Shown one piece after another: positions 27,771 through 37,290 of a stretch of DNA of 64,000 nt. The number at the start of each line of letters is the position of its first letter. Within the stretch, counting starts at the first letter, position 1. The notes beneath the pieces are model-generated. The model was not told where the DNA came from. It worked only from the letters and a program-made list of their open reading frames with translations, and did not search any database. Location: contig OZ255842.1 in NCBI GenBank assembly GCA_965277805.1, positions 224,001 through 288,000 on the forward strand, read 5' to 3'. The translations under genes and the position numbers were made by a program. The DNA is from Candidatus Lustribacter sp. Lineage in GTDB: Bacteria; Vulcanimicrobiota; Vulcanimicrobiia; Vulcanimicrobiales; Vulcanimicrobiaceae.

Positions 27771-28759
27771 TGGCGCCACTTCTGTTCGGCGGAACCTCCA
27801 ATCGCGGACTGGCCGACGAGATCGCGAAGAAGATGCAGACCCGGGTCGGCAACGCGCTCGTCGATCGCTTCAAGAACGACGAATGCCGCGTCGAAATTCG
27901 CGAGAACGTCCGGGGAGCGGAAGTCTTCGTCCTTCAGTCGCTGTGTCGGACGCCGTGGGGCGGAACGGTCAACGACGCGACGATGGAGTTACTGATCATG
28001 ATCGACGCGCTGCGCCGCGCGTCGGCCAATCGCATTACCGCGGTGATCCCGTACTACGGTTACGCGACGCAAGACCAGAAGACCAAAGGCCGCGAGCCGA
28101 TCTCGGCCAAGCTGGTGGCGAACATGCTGCAGGCGGCCGGTGCCGAGCGCATCGTCACGCTGGATTTGCACTCCGCGCAGATTCAGGGCTTCTTTGACGT
28201 TCCGGTCGACAACTTGATGGCCGCGCCGCACCTGTCCAACCATTTGCGCAACGAGAAGCTCTTCGGCGACAAGATCGTCGTCGTATCGCCGGACGCCAGC
28301 GGCGTGCCGCGTGCTGAGTTCTTCGCCAAACGGCTGAAGTCGACGCTGGCCGTAATCATAAAGCGCCGCCCCGAGCCCGACGTTTCCGAAGTGACGCACA
28401 TCGTCGGCGAAGTCAAAGGCAAGATCGCGGTCGTCGTGGACGATATGATCTCGACCGGCGGCACGCTTGTCAAGGCTGCCGAAGCGCTGCTCAAGAGCGG
28501 CGCCAGCGACGTCTACTGCGTGGTCACGCACGGCATCTTTGCCGGCGATGCGGTCAAACAATTCGAGGCGTCGGGTATCCGCAAGGTGTTCGTCACCAAC
28601 ACGATCCCGGTCTCAGCCTATCCGCAAGGGCCCGGAACGCGCATCGAACAGCTCTCGATCGCGCAGATCCTTGCCGATGCGATCAAGCGCATCACGGATA
28701 ACCGCTCGGTCTCCGAACTGTTCGTGACCGATGACGCTCCCGAGCCGCCCCAGCGCTAG
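27770..28759 (+). CDS. prs: Ribose-phosphate pyrophosphokinase (PRPP synthetase)
   Basis: MELLIMIDALRRASANRITAVIPYYGY, REPISAKLVA, DLHSAQIQGFFDVPVDNL, VVSPD, VDDMISTGGT. Confidence 0.96.
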   Translation: MAPLLFGGTSNRGLADEIAKKMQTRVGNALVDRFKNDECRVEIRENVRGAEVFVLQSLCRTPWGGTVNDATMELLIMIDALRRASANRITAVIPYYGYATQDQKTKGREPISAKLVANMLQAAGAERIVTLDLHSAQIQGFFDVPVDNLMAAPHLSNHLRNEKLFGDKIVVVSPDASGVPRAEFFAKRLKSTLAVIIKRRPEPDVSEVTHIVGEVKGKIAVVVDDMISTGGTLVKAAEALLKSGASDVYCVVTHGIFAGDAVKQFEASGIRKVFVTNTIPVSAYPQGPGTRIEQLSIAQILADAIKRITDNRSVSELFVTDDAPEPPQR

Positions 28760-29712
28760 GTGAAGACCTTCGTGCGCAGATCGACGTCCGCGTTGAGCAG
28801 GCCGGTTTGCCGCATCATCGACGTTAGGCGCGGCAGCGAGGCCGGCACGATGTCCGCCTGCACCGCGACGGGCTTCATGCGCCGCACGAGATCGGGCTGC
28901 AATCCCGAGAACTCCGCCACGAGATCGAAGTACGGCTGTTTGCCCTGATTCGCCGTGACCCAGGCTGCGCCGCGTTTGTAGGCCCGCACGAACGCGCGGA
29001 TGTCGCCCGGCCGCGTCTGCGCCATCGTACCGGTCACGGCGAAGAACGCCATCGGGCCGCCGGCGTAGGCCGTGCTCATCGGCCAAGCGAGCAATTCGAG
29101 CGCCGGATCGTCCAGCGCGACGGTTAACGCCGGGTCGATGATCAGCGCCGCATCGACGCGTTTGCTCTTGATCGCATCGGGCATCGTGGGCAGCGCCAGC
29201 TCGATGATCTGCACCTTCGAGGGATCGCCGCCGGTGGCACTGATCCACGCCGTCACGACCATCCAGATCACGTCGCGCAGCGTGTTCACGGCCACGACTT
29301 TGCCTTCGAGGTCCTTGCCGGTGCGCAACGCATCGCCTTTGCGCTTGAGGATGGCGCCGGAATCCGGCGGCTTGTTTGAGGCGATCGTGCCCTCGAGAAT
29401 CAGGCGCAGGTCGATGCCGCGCGAGATCGCTTCGACCACGCTCGTCGAGTTCGTGAAAACGATATCGGTCGAGCCGCTGAGCATCGCCGGAATCGCAGCC
29501 GCACCGCCGCGGATGACTTGTCCGGTGACCGCGAGATTCTCGGCGGCGAAATAGCCGAACTTATCCGCGGCGTAAAACGGCGCGTTCGTCGCGATCGGGA
29601 TGATGCCGACGCGCAGCGGAATCGTATCTGCACGCGCGGGCTCGATCAGCGCGCCGCCGAGGGCGGCTCCAAGGGCGAGCAGGCTGGATTTGCGCGAGAT
29701 GGGATGCATCAT
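28756..29712 (-). CDS. ABC substrate-binding protein, SsuA/TauA/THI5 family
   Basis: Leader ISRKSSLLALG; GYFAAENL, DLEGKVVAVN, KRVDAA; start 29712 or 29709. Confidence 0.88.
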   Translation of the reverse strand: MMHPISRKSSLLALGAALGGALIEPARADTIPLRVGIIPIATNAPFYAADKFGYFAAENLAVTGQVIRGGAAAIPAMLSGSTDIVFTNSTSVVEAISRGIDLRLILEGTIASNKPPDSGAILKRKGDALRTGKDLEGKVVAVNTLRDVIWMVVTAWISATGGDPSKVQIIELALPTMPDAIKSKRVDAALIIDPALTVALDDPALELLAWPMSTAYAGGPMAFFAVTGTMAQTRPGDIRAFVRAYKRGAAWVTANQGKQPYFDLVAEFSGLQPDLVRRMKPVAVQADIVPASLPRLTSMMRQTGLLNADVDLRTKVFT

Positions 29713-29766
29713 GAACGGTAGTCCGCCCAGCGCAGGAATTACTCCTAGCAGCAGCAAGACCGGGGC

Positions 29767-30741
29767 GTGCTGAAGCTCTCTCGACGCGCGCTCATCCTCG
29801 CTGTCGCCGCAGCCGGCGCCGAGTGCGCGGTGGTGCGTGGTGTGGGCGCACAAACGCCCGCGAAGATACGCGTTGCATCCGTACCGATCGACCTCGACGG
29901 CGCCGCGCTGTACGCGCTCGCGCAGGGCTTCTTTCGCAAGCACAATCTTGACGTCGAGCTGGTGGTGATGACGAACGGCCCGGCAACCGCGGCAGCCGTG
30001 ATCGGCGGCTCGCTCGAGTTCGGCACGGCCGCCGTCATCACGATCGCCAATGCGCGCGAGCGCGGCATTCCGTTTGTGATGGTCGCTCCCGGCGCGGCAT
30101 ACTCATCCAAGCAGGCGACGGGCTCGCTCATCGCGCTTGCGGCAGCGCCGCTCCGCACGGCTAAGGATATGGCCGGGAAGACGGTTGCGGTAACGAGCCT
30201 GAAGGGCGTGAGCGAAATGGCCATGTGGGCGTGGCTCGACAAGAACGGCGTGCCCGCCGACGCCGTAAAGTTCATCGAGATTCCGTACTCGGATATGGGC
30301 GGTGCGCTGGCCGCCGGCCGCGTCGACGCGGTCGTTGCGGAGGAGCCGGCGCAATCGCTGATTCTCGCCAACGGCGGCCGTATCGTGGCCACCGTCAACG
30401 ATGCCATCGGCGACGAGTGGGTCGGCGGCGGGTGGTTTTGCATGCAAGACTATGCCGTCACGCACGCCGCCGTGGTGCGCCGTTTCGCCGACGCGATGGC
30501 CGAAGCCGGCGCTTGGGCCAACAAGAACCACGACGCCTCAGCCAAGATCCTCGAAGCCTACTCCAAGCAAACGATGAACCCGAACCAGAAGCGCGCGTTT
30601 TATCCGGAACGGATCGATCCGGCCCTGCTTCAGCCCCTGATCGACGTGTCGGCAAAATACGGCCTGTTGAAAGCCTCGTTCCCGGCCAAGGACGTCATCG
30701 CTCCGCAGGTCCTCGGCGCGCCGGCCCGGGCTTCGCAGTGA
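29767..30741 (+). CDS. ABC substrate-binding protein, SsuA/TauA/THI5 family (Tat)
   Basis: SRRALIL; GFFRKHNLDV, GKTVAV, FIEIPYSDMGGALAAGRVDA. Confidence 0.9.
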   Translation: MLKLSRRALILAVAAAGAECAVVRGVGAQTPAKIRVASVPIDLDGAALYALAQGFFRKHNLDVELVVMTNGPATAAAVIGGSLEFGTAAVITIANARERGIPFVMVAPGAAYSSKQATGSLIALAAAPLRTAKDMAGKTVAVTSLKGVSEMAMWAWLDKNGVPADAVKFIEIPYSDMGGALAAGRVDAVVAEEPAQSLILANGGRIVATVNDAIGDEWVGGGWFCMQDYAVTHAAVVRRFADAMAEAGAWANKNHDASAKILEAYSKQTMNPNQKRAFYPERIDPALLQPLIDVSAKYGLLKASFPAKDVIAPQVLGAPARASQ

Positions 30742-30802
30742 ATTAACAGAGCCTGCCGGTCCAGGCGAAGAGCGCAGGCAGCACGCGGCGAAAACGCCTG
30801 CA

Positions 30803-31810
30803 ATGCATGAGGTGAAGTTCCTGGATCGAGGGGTTCAACTGATCCTGGACGACATCGCCAGGCATCGTGAGGATCCCGCCAAGACCAAGGATGTGCTTTG
30901 GAAGGCCGCTTGGGCCCGCGGGTATCAGGACGTGCTCGTGCCGGTCCACGGTTCGGATACGCGCTACGAAGGTACCCTGACCCTCGCATACCGGTTGTCG
31001 TCCGGCCGCCACGTCATCGCTGTCGATACCGGAGAGCGCATGCTCACCGTGGCCGAAGAATTCGCTGAAGCGCTACCCGGCGTCGGTTCGAAGGTGCGCT
31101 TGACCGCGATCTTCATGGGCGAAAAAGAGAAGTGGATCGTCAAGGCGCTGGCGAGCGTCGGTTGCGGGCTCTCGATCGACTTCACCGCGGATGTCGCTAA
31201 CAAACGGATCGGCGACAACGCTTGGGCGGATACGCTGCGCAACGCGCTCGGCCAAGCGCGGTCGGCCGAAAACGAAGTGACCAAGAAGCTCAATCTCGAG
31301 CGCATGGCGTTGCCGCCGGTCGAAGACGAGCCGCCGTTCAAAGACCAGATCATGAAGCTGGACGAAGAGATGCGCGCACGCATTTCCCAGGCGCCGCTAA
31401 CGCCGGAAGAAGAGCGCGAGAAATCCAAGCTGCGAACGCAGGATCAGGCGAACGCGTTTTTTTCGCGCCGGAAGGCGAAGCTCGCCGAGCAATATCGCAT
31501 CGAATCGCTGCACTTTCGCGAAAAAGGCATTCCGGAATTACGGGCTGCGTACGATAAGCGTCAGGTTCGTCTGCAAGCCGCGCAAGCCGAAGTCGCGCGC
31601 GTGACCAAGCTCCTGGCTGAGAATCTGGCCAACGTCGAACTTGCCGGACAAGCGTCGAAGATGATCGAGCGCATCGAAGAAGCCTGCTTGCCGATCGTCG
31701 TCGGCGACATGAGCGCCGTTGCGTCCGATCCGCGTGGCCATTTCAAAGAGATCGTCGAGACGCTCTCGCAGCTCTATGACGTGGCCACTACCCAGCGCAA
31801 ACGCGTTTAG
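30803..31810 (+). CDS. Hypothetical protein with alpha/beta N-domain and long coiled-coil-like C-half
   Basis: 335-aa ORF filling the gap; E/K/R/A/Q-rich helical C-terminal half; no recognisable motif. Confidence 0.7.
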   Translation: MHEVKFLDRGVQLILDDIARHREDPAKTKDVLWKAAWARGYQDVLVPVHGSDTRYEGTLTLAYRLSSGRHVIAVDTGERMLTVAEEFAEALPGVGSKVRLTAIFMGEKEKWIVKALASVGCGLSIDFTADVANKRIGDNAWADTLRNALGQARSAENEVTKKLNLERMALPPVEDEPPFKDQIMKLDEEMRARISQAPLTPEEEREKSKLRTQDQANAFFSRRKAKLAEQYRIESLHFREKGIPELRAAYDKRQVRLQAAQAEVARVTKLLAENLANVELAGQASKMIERIEEACLPIVVGDMSAVASDPRGHFKEIVETLSQLYDVATTQRKRV

Positions 31811-33141
31811 TAACGGGCGTTGAGCCAGGCGGCGGCGTAGTCGAAGAGGTTTTTCATCGTGTTGCTGTATTGTCCGGGCGTCTTCTCGCACGCGGTGCAT
31901 GGTGTGAACCCATGGAGCGCGCCCTCCACCACGGCGTAGTCCTTATCCTTGGTGATCGCGAGATCGTATTCGTGCTCGACGTCGCGGACGAATTCGAACG
32001 CACCCATCGCCAGGAACAGCTCCGGGACCGAGATCGACTGCACGGCACAGACGGTCGAGTTGTTGCTCGAGCAGTCGTCGATCGCGTCGAGCGAGTTGGT
32101 GGCGCGGGTAGCATTCGCGCTGAGGAACGAGCGCAGGCTGAGCAGTTTCGAGCCGCCGCCGAACGTCAGGTGAGTCTTCGCGAGTCCGGGATCCGCCGCG
32201 TAGACGCTGTGGATCGGCTGCTTCACGACCGTTCCGTCATTGCGGATCAACTTCTCCGGCCGCACCGTATCGAAGATCCCGGCGATGCTCGGATCGAAAT
32301 TGAACAAGGCTGCCGACGCGCCGGGGCCGGCGCCCGGATTGCCGCCGCGCGGAATCGGCAGCAGGTCGTCATCCGGATAGCCGTAGTCGCCCGTATTCAT
32401 CAGGGCGATCTTTGCTTGGGCGGTCTTGATAAGGTTGTTCATGCGCACCGCTTGCGCGGCGTAATAGCGCTTCTGGAAATCCGCCGAGTAGTGCGAAGGA
32501 CCATTGGGGTTGAACCCGTTCTTGGGGTTGAACGGATCGAGGTCGGGGTTGACGTCTTTCGACGGCGGATCGGCTTCGCTGAGCACCGACGGATTGAGTC
32601 CGCGCAGGACGTTCACGGGATTGCCGGGATGCGAATCCGCAAAGATGATGCCGTCGGCGCGCGGCATGCCCGCCAGCTCATCCGTGCAGCGCACGAGCTT
32701 GGTGGGTTTGTTGCAGTAGCCCGGGCCGTTCTCCGCGACCGCCTGGTAGAAGCTCATCGTTGGCCCGCCGCCGCTGTGCCCGAATAGGATCACCTTCGTG
32801 ATGCCGGGTTGCGCGCGCAAGAATTGCACGCCGGTTTTCACGTCGAGCGCCATCGTTTCGAAGCGCACGGTCTCCTCGTTGCCGATGTAGCGTGAGTTCA
32901 TGCACAGCACGAGAAAGCCGCGCTTGGAGAGCTCGGTGCACGCCGGATGGCTGAGATAATTCGCCGTGCGGTGCATCACCAGCACGCCGACGTGCGGTGC
33001 AGGCCCGGTATCGGGATGATAGAGCGCGCCCTGCGCCGGTCCCATCGGGATATAGGTTGGCGCGCTTTGCGCCTTCGCCGCCGGCGGAGCGAACGCGAGC
33101 AGGAACGCAAGAACAGTTAGGAACGTCAAGGGGTATTTCAT
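31807..33141 (-). CDS. Secreted alpha/beta hydrolase
   Basis: Signal peptide ending AKA; nucleophile elbow LFGHSGGG; VEGALHGFTPC. Confidence 0.82.
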   Translation of the reverse strand: MKYPLTFLTVLAFLLAFAPPAAKAQSAPTYIPMGPAQGALYHPDTGPAPHVGVLVMHRTANYLSHPACTELSKRGFLVLCMNSRYIGNEETVRFETMALDVKTGVQFLRAQPGITKVILFGHSGGGPTMSFYQAVAENGPGYCNKPTKLVRCTDELAGMPRADGIIFADSHPGNPVNVLRGLNPSVLSEADPPSKDVNPDLDPFNPKNGFNPNGPSHYSADFQKRYYAAQAVRMNNLIKTAQAKIALMNTGDYGYPDDDLLPIPRGGNPGAGPGASAALFNFDPSIAGIFDTVRPEKLIRNDGTVVKQPIHSVYAADPGLAKTHLTFGGGSKLLSLRSFLSANATRATNSLDAIDDCSSNNSTVCAVQSISVPELFLAMGAFEFVRDVEHEYDLAITKDKDYAVVEGALHGFTPCTACEKTPGQYSNTMKNLFDYAAAWLNARY

Positions 33142-33163
33142 GGGCCGGCCTTTCTTGAAGGTG

Positions 33164-34852
33164 TTACCCGCGGATGAAATTGCGCGGCATTGCGAAATCG
33201 TAGTAGGGAAACGAGTCGAAGATCTTACGTCGCGCGCCGCCGGGATTGTCGAGCACGTGACTCTCCGTGTCGAGCATCATCGTGGAACGGTGCGCGGTCG
33301 TATAGCGCGGCCAGTGCGGCAGCGCCGCGTTGTTGGGATTACCGGTACGTGCGAAGGCGACCCACGCTCCCATCGTCGCGCGCGTCATCGTCGCAAGTTC
33401 GGGACCGGTGCCCACGAGCGCAGCGGCCTCATCGGTCGTTCCGAAGATGAAGGGTACCTCGAGCGTGTGCGGCGACCGTAAGCGGCCGCCGAGCACCGGC
33501 GTCTTCCAATCGAACACGTAGGCGTAGACCGGTGCCGGCTGCACGGACTTGAGGTCTTCAGCCCGCGTTGCATTGCGGCGGTAAACGTAATCGGTCGTAA
33601 TGTCGATGAGCAGGTCGTTGGGGGTCGCGTCGGGCTCGATGGCATGGTAGGCATCGTAAATGTAGGCGGCTGCGTCGTCGCCGATGTGCCAGAAATCTTT
33701 GAGCCGGCCTTTGATGTCGGCTTCGGTCAAGCTGAAGTTCTTGACGTCTTCGGCCTGCCAGAGGGCGATTTCCGAGGCGGCATTTCCCATCATGAACGGC
33801 ACGTGCGCCGAGAGCGGCGGCGCGTTCGGATCGAACGGATCGCGGTGAAAATTGCGATTGTCCAGCACCGGGCGGAATTGCGGATCGTCAACCTTCGGGA
33901 ACGCGGCTAAGCGGCGGTATTTCTCCGCCCCGTATGCGTGACTCGGCTGTCCCGGCGGACCCATGGAGTTGAACGCGGCCAGCAGATCATCCACGGCGAC
34001 CGCTTGCAGTCGGGCTCCGGTCGCGCGGTCGAGGCCGACGCGCTCGGCGAGCGTCTGCGACTTCCTTGCTGCGCCCGGAATCGTATCGAGACGCAGACCG
34101 CCCGAACAGCTCTCCGCAATCGCTTTATGAAAGAGCCCCTTCGCCGCCGGCATACCCATCAGCGCCGTTACCTTCGCAGCGCCGCCCGACTGTCCGAAGA
34201 TCGTCACGTTGCCGGGATCGCCGCCGAAAGCGGCGGCATGTTCGCGAATCCAGCGCAGGGCGGCGACCATGTCCAAGACACCGGCGTTGCCGGAATCTGC
34301 GAACCGCTCGTCGCCGTCGTCGAGGCGGAGATAGCCGAACAGGTTGATGCGATGATTGAGCGTGACGGCCACGACGTCTCCGAGGCGCGCGAGGTTCGTG
34401 CCGTCGAAGCCGGGACCGCCGCCCGATGCATTCTCCCACAGGCCGCCGTGCAGCCACACCATGATCGGCCGGCGCGCACCGTCTCCGAGCCCGGGCGTAA
34501 AGACGTTGAGCACGAGGCAGTCTTCGCTCATCGGCGTGATGAGGTTGTACCAGCGGTTGATCGGCGAGAGCGAGCCCGGCAGTTGGGGGGCGGAGGGTCC
34601 GAGTTCGAGCGCGTCGCGAACGCCGGTCCAGGGTGTCACCGGCCGGGGAGGCAGGAAGCGGTTTGCACCGGCTGTCGTCGCGCCGTAGCGCATTCCCTTG
34701 AACGCGTAGATGCCGTCGTGCGCCGTGCCGCGCACCTTGCCGTGCGCGGTTTCCACCACGGGGCTCGCGGTAAGCGCCTGCGCGTTGCCGCGCAGAACGG
34801 CGAATGCGGCGCCTCCCGCCAGCAGCGTGCGTCGCGTCAGATCACGTGTCAT
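33164..34852 (-). CDS. Tat-exported type-B carboxylesterase (PnbA-like)
   Basis: TRRTLLAGG; SEDCLVLNVFTP, WLHGG, FGGDPGNVTIFGQSGGA, SPHTLEVPFIFG, FARTGNP. Confidence 0.93.
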   Translation of the reverse strand: MTRDLTRRTLLAGGAAFAVLRGNAQALTASPVVETAHGKVRGTAHDGIYAFKGMRYGATTAGANRFLPPRPVTPWTGVRDALELGPSAPQLPGSLSPINRWYNLITPMSEDCLVLNVFTPGLGDGARRPIMVWLHGGLWENASGGGPGFDGTNLARLGDVVAVTLNHRINLFGYLRLDDGDERFADSGNAGVLDMVAALRWIREHAAAFGGDPGNVTIFGQSGGAAKVTALMGMPAAKGLFHKAIAESCSGGLRLDTIPGAARKSQTLAERVGLDRATGARLQAVAVDDLLAAFNSMGPPGQPSHAYGAEKYRRLAAFPKVDDPQFRPVLDNRNFHRDPFDPNAPPLSAHVPFMMGNAASEIALWQAEDVKNFSLTEADIKGRLKDFWHIGDDAAAYIYDAYHAIEPDATPNDLLIDITTDYVYRRNATRAEDLKSVQPAPVYAYVFDWKTPVLGGRLRSPHTLEVPFIFGTTDEAAALVGTGPELATMTRATMGAWVAFARTGNPNNAALPHWPRYTTAHRSTMMLDTESHVLDNPGGARRKIFDSFPYYDFAMPRNFIRG

Positions 34853-35754
34853 AGCGCATTCTCCAAGAGTCGCATGAGGTTGGGGCCTTCGATCGCCTGC
34901 AATTCATCGCTGCTGAAGCCGCTTTGCCGCAGGCCGGCGAGTTGCTCTTCCGCGCCGCGATAGGGGAAGTCCGTGCCGAAGAGCACTTGCGATACCGGCA
35001 CCAGCTCGCGCAGCGATGCCATGGCCCCGCGATTCGCGACTTGCGCCGTTTCGTAGTAGAAGCGCTGCAATTCCGGCATGAGCCCATTCGGGAGCCGCGC
35101 GGCCATGCGCTGCTGCTTCGCGAGATTCACGAACCGTCCGATCAAGAACGGCAGCGTTCCGCCGCCGTGCGAGAAGATGAAGCGGATGTGCGGATACTTC
35201 ACCGTCGTGCCGCTGAAGACGAGACTTGCGATGGCGCGCGTCGTATCCGTTCCGAACTCGATCGCCGTCGGGGGTATGCCGGGCACGATATCGGCACAAC
35301 ACGCGTTCAACGTCGGATGCGTGTAGACGATGGCCCGGCGGCGATCGAGTTCCGCGTAGATCGGATCGAGTACGGGATCGCCGAGATAGGCCGTGCCGTA
35401 GCTCGTGAAGAGCCCGATGCCGTGCGCCCCCAAAACGTCGTGCGCATGCGCGATTTCGCTCAGGCAAGCGTCGATATCGGGGATCGGCAACGCAGCGAAA
35501 AAGCCGAAGCGCCCGGGATGCTGACGCACGAGCGTGGCGGCGTACTCGTTCGTGGCGCGTGCCGTCGCGGCGGTGAGATCTGCGTCAGGGGTAGCGGAGA
35601 GCAGCGCTTTGTCGACGTTGCTGCGATCCATGTCTGCGAGCGAGTTCTCGACCGACCAGGCTTTCGAAACGGCGGGTAACTCGCCGCGCGCATCGAGCAT
35701 CGCGTTGACGTCCGGAGCATAGAAGTGATGATGAACGTCGATGCGCGCGGTCAT
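34849..35754 (-). CDS. Amidohydrolase_2 family (aromatic acid decarboxylase-like)
   Basis: IDVHHHF, VYTHP, EFGTDTTRAI, FIFSHGGGTLP, LFGTDFPY. Confidence 0.88.
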   Translation of the reverse strand: MTARIDVHHHFYAPDVNAMLDARGELPAVSKAWSVENSLADMDRSNVDKALLSATPDADLTAATARATNEYAATLVRQHPGRFGFFAALPIPDIDACLSEIAHAHDVLGAHGIGLFTSYGTAYLGDPVLDPIYAELDRRRAIVYTHPTLNACCADIVPGIPPTAIEFGTDTTRAIASLVFSGTTVKYPHIRFIFSHGGGTLPFLIGRFVNLAKQQRMAARLPNGLMPELQRFYYETAQVANRGAMASLRELVPVSQVLFGTDFPYRGAEEQLAGLRQSGFSSDELQAIEGPNLMRLLENAL

Positions 35755-35815
35755 GCTGGCGAGTATATCGGACCTCGCCTGGCCCCGCCTGCCCGCAATA
35801 TGCTATTCTTGCGGC
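35755..35815. promoter_or_regulatory. Back-to-back sigma70-type -10 elements driving leaderless transcripts
   Basis: Minus: TATACT (35767-35762)-7 nt-ATG 35754. Plus: extended TGcTATTCT (35801-35809)-6 nt-ATG 35816. No SD on either side. Confidence 0.6.
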
Positions 35816-36199
35816 ATGTTTCACCTCGATGGGTTCCTCGACTACGCCCTCGTCTTTCTCCGGATCATGGTGGGCCTAGTCTTTGCGTCCAGCGGCCTCA
35901 AGCACGTGAAAGATCCCGAGACGCGCAGCAAGGACATCGGTCTGCCGAAGAACGTCACGCTGTTCCTCGGCTGCGCCGAACTGCTCGGCGGGATCGCGGT
36001 GATCATCGGCTTCCTCGTGCAACTTGCATGCATCGGCTTGCTGCTCATCATGGCCGGGGCGTTGCAGAAAAAGCTGTTCGTCTGGAAGACCGGCTTCTGG
36101 GGTAAAGACGGTCTCGGTTGGAACTACGACCTGATCTGCGCGTCGATGCTGATCGTGATCCTCTGCGCCGACGGCGGCCGCTTCACGATCTTCGGGTAA
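35816..36199 (+). CDS. DoxX family membrane protein
   Basis: LRIMVGLVFASSGLKH, AELLGGIAVIIG, GWNYDL, GGRFTI. Confidence 0.88.
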   Translation: MFHLDGFLDYALVFLRIMVGLVFASSGLKHVKDPETRSKDIGLPKNVTLFLGCAELLGGIAVIIGFLVQLACIGLLLIMAGALQKKLFVWKTGFWGKDGLGWNYDLICASMLIVILCADGGRFTIFG

Positions 36200-36211
36200 A
36201 GGAGCTCGACC

Positions 36212-36850
36212 ATGCCGGACATCGATAAGTACGTCGACGACATCATCACGCGCCAATCCGACCTGCAGCGCCGCATGTATCGCGAAACGATGGCGGTGCC
36301 GCACGGCCGGATGCAGACCGGACCCGATCAATCCGCATTCTTGTCCTTTTTGGTGAAGCTGATCGGCGCGAAACGGGCGATCGAGGTCGGCGTGTTTCGC
36401 GGCTTCGGTTCGCTCGCGATCGCGAGCGCGCTCCCGCCCGACGGCAAGCTCATCGCGTGCGATGTGAGCGAAGAGTTCACGCGCGCGGCGCGTGCCTATT
36501 GGAAAGAAGCCGGGATCGAGGGAAAGATCGATCTGCGGATCGCGCCGGCGACGCAGACGCTCGAAGCCCTGATCGCAAGCGAGGGTCCCGGCAGCTTCGA
36601 CTTCGCGTTTGTCGACGCCGACAAATCGAAGTACCCGGTGTATTACGAGCAATGTCTCACGCTGTTGCGCGTGGGCGGACTTGTCGCGTTCGACAATGTC
36701 CTCTGGGGCGGTACGGTCGCCGACAAGCGTTACAAGGACGAGGACACCGCAGCGCTGCGCGCGCTGAATCTGAAGATCCGTGACGATCAGCGCGTCGATG
36801 CGGTCCTCGTCACGATCGGAGACGGCTTCCACCTCGCCCGGAAACGCTGA
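36212..36850 (+). CDS. SAM-dependent O-methyltransferase (caffeoyl-CoA/catechol OMT family)
   Basis: IEVGVFRGFGSL, FDFAFVDADKSKY, GGLVAFDNVLW. Confidence 0.93.
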   Translation: MPDIDKYVDDIITRQSDLQRRMYRETMAVPHGRMQTGPDQSAFLSFLVKLIGAKRAIEVGVFRGFGSLAIASALPPDGKLIACDVSEEFTRAARAYWKEAGIEGKIDLRIAPATQTLEALIASEGPGSFDFAFVDADKSKYPVYYEQCLTLLRVGGLVAFDNVLWGGTVADKRYKDEDTAALRALNLKIRDDQRVDAVLVTIGDGFHLARKR

Positions 36851-37290
36851 TGGCCGGCATGTCCCAGGCGGACGTATTCGATCTCCAGCGCTTCGTGCAG
36901 GCGCAAGATCCGGTCTTTGCAAGCGTGGAAGCCGAACTCCGGGCAGGCCGCAAGCGCACCCACTGGATCTGGTTCGTGTTCCCGCAACTGCGCGGGCTCG
37001 GACATTCCGAACTGGCACGATATTACGGCATCGCGTCGCTTGACGAAGCGAAAGCCTACCTCGCACATCCCGTACTCGGCCCACGCCTCACTGCCTGCAC
37101 GAATCTCGTGCTCGCGGTAAAGAACGTCTCCCTGACACAAATTTTCGGCACGCCGGACGATCTGAAGTTCTGTTCGTCGATGACTCTCTTCGCGCTCGCA
37201 AGCGCAGCAGGAGAGCCGGTCTTCGAGCAAGCCCTGCAGCGCTATTGCAGCGGCAAACGCGACGCGCGGACGCTAAAGCTCGCGGGTTAA
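36850..37290 (+). CDS. DUF1810 family protein
   Basis: LQRFVQAQ, ELRAGRKRTHWIWFVFPQLRGLG, YLAHPVLGPRL, DDLKFCSSMTLF. Confidence 0.9.
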   Translation: MAGMSQADVFDLQRFVQAQDPVFASVEAELRAGRKRTHWIWFVFPQLRGLGHSELARYYGIASLDEAKAYLAHPVLGPRLTACTNLVLAVKNVSLTQIFGTPDDLKFCSSMTLFALASAAGEPVFEQALQRYCSGKRDARTLKLAG

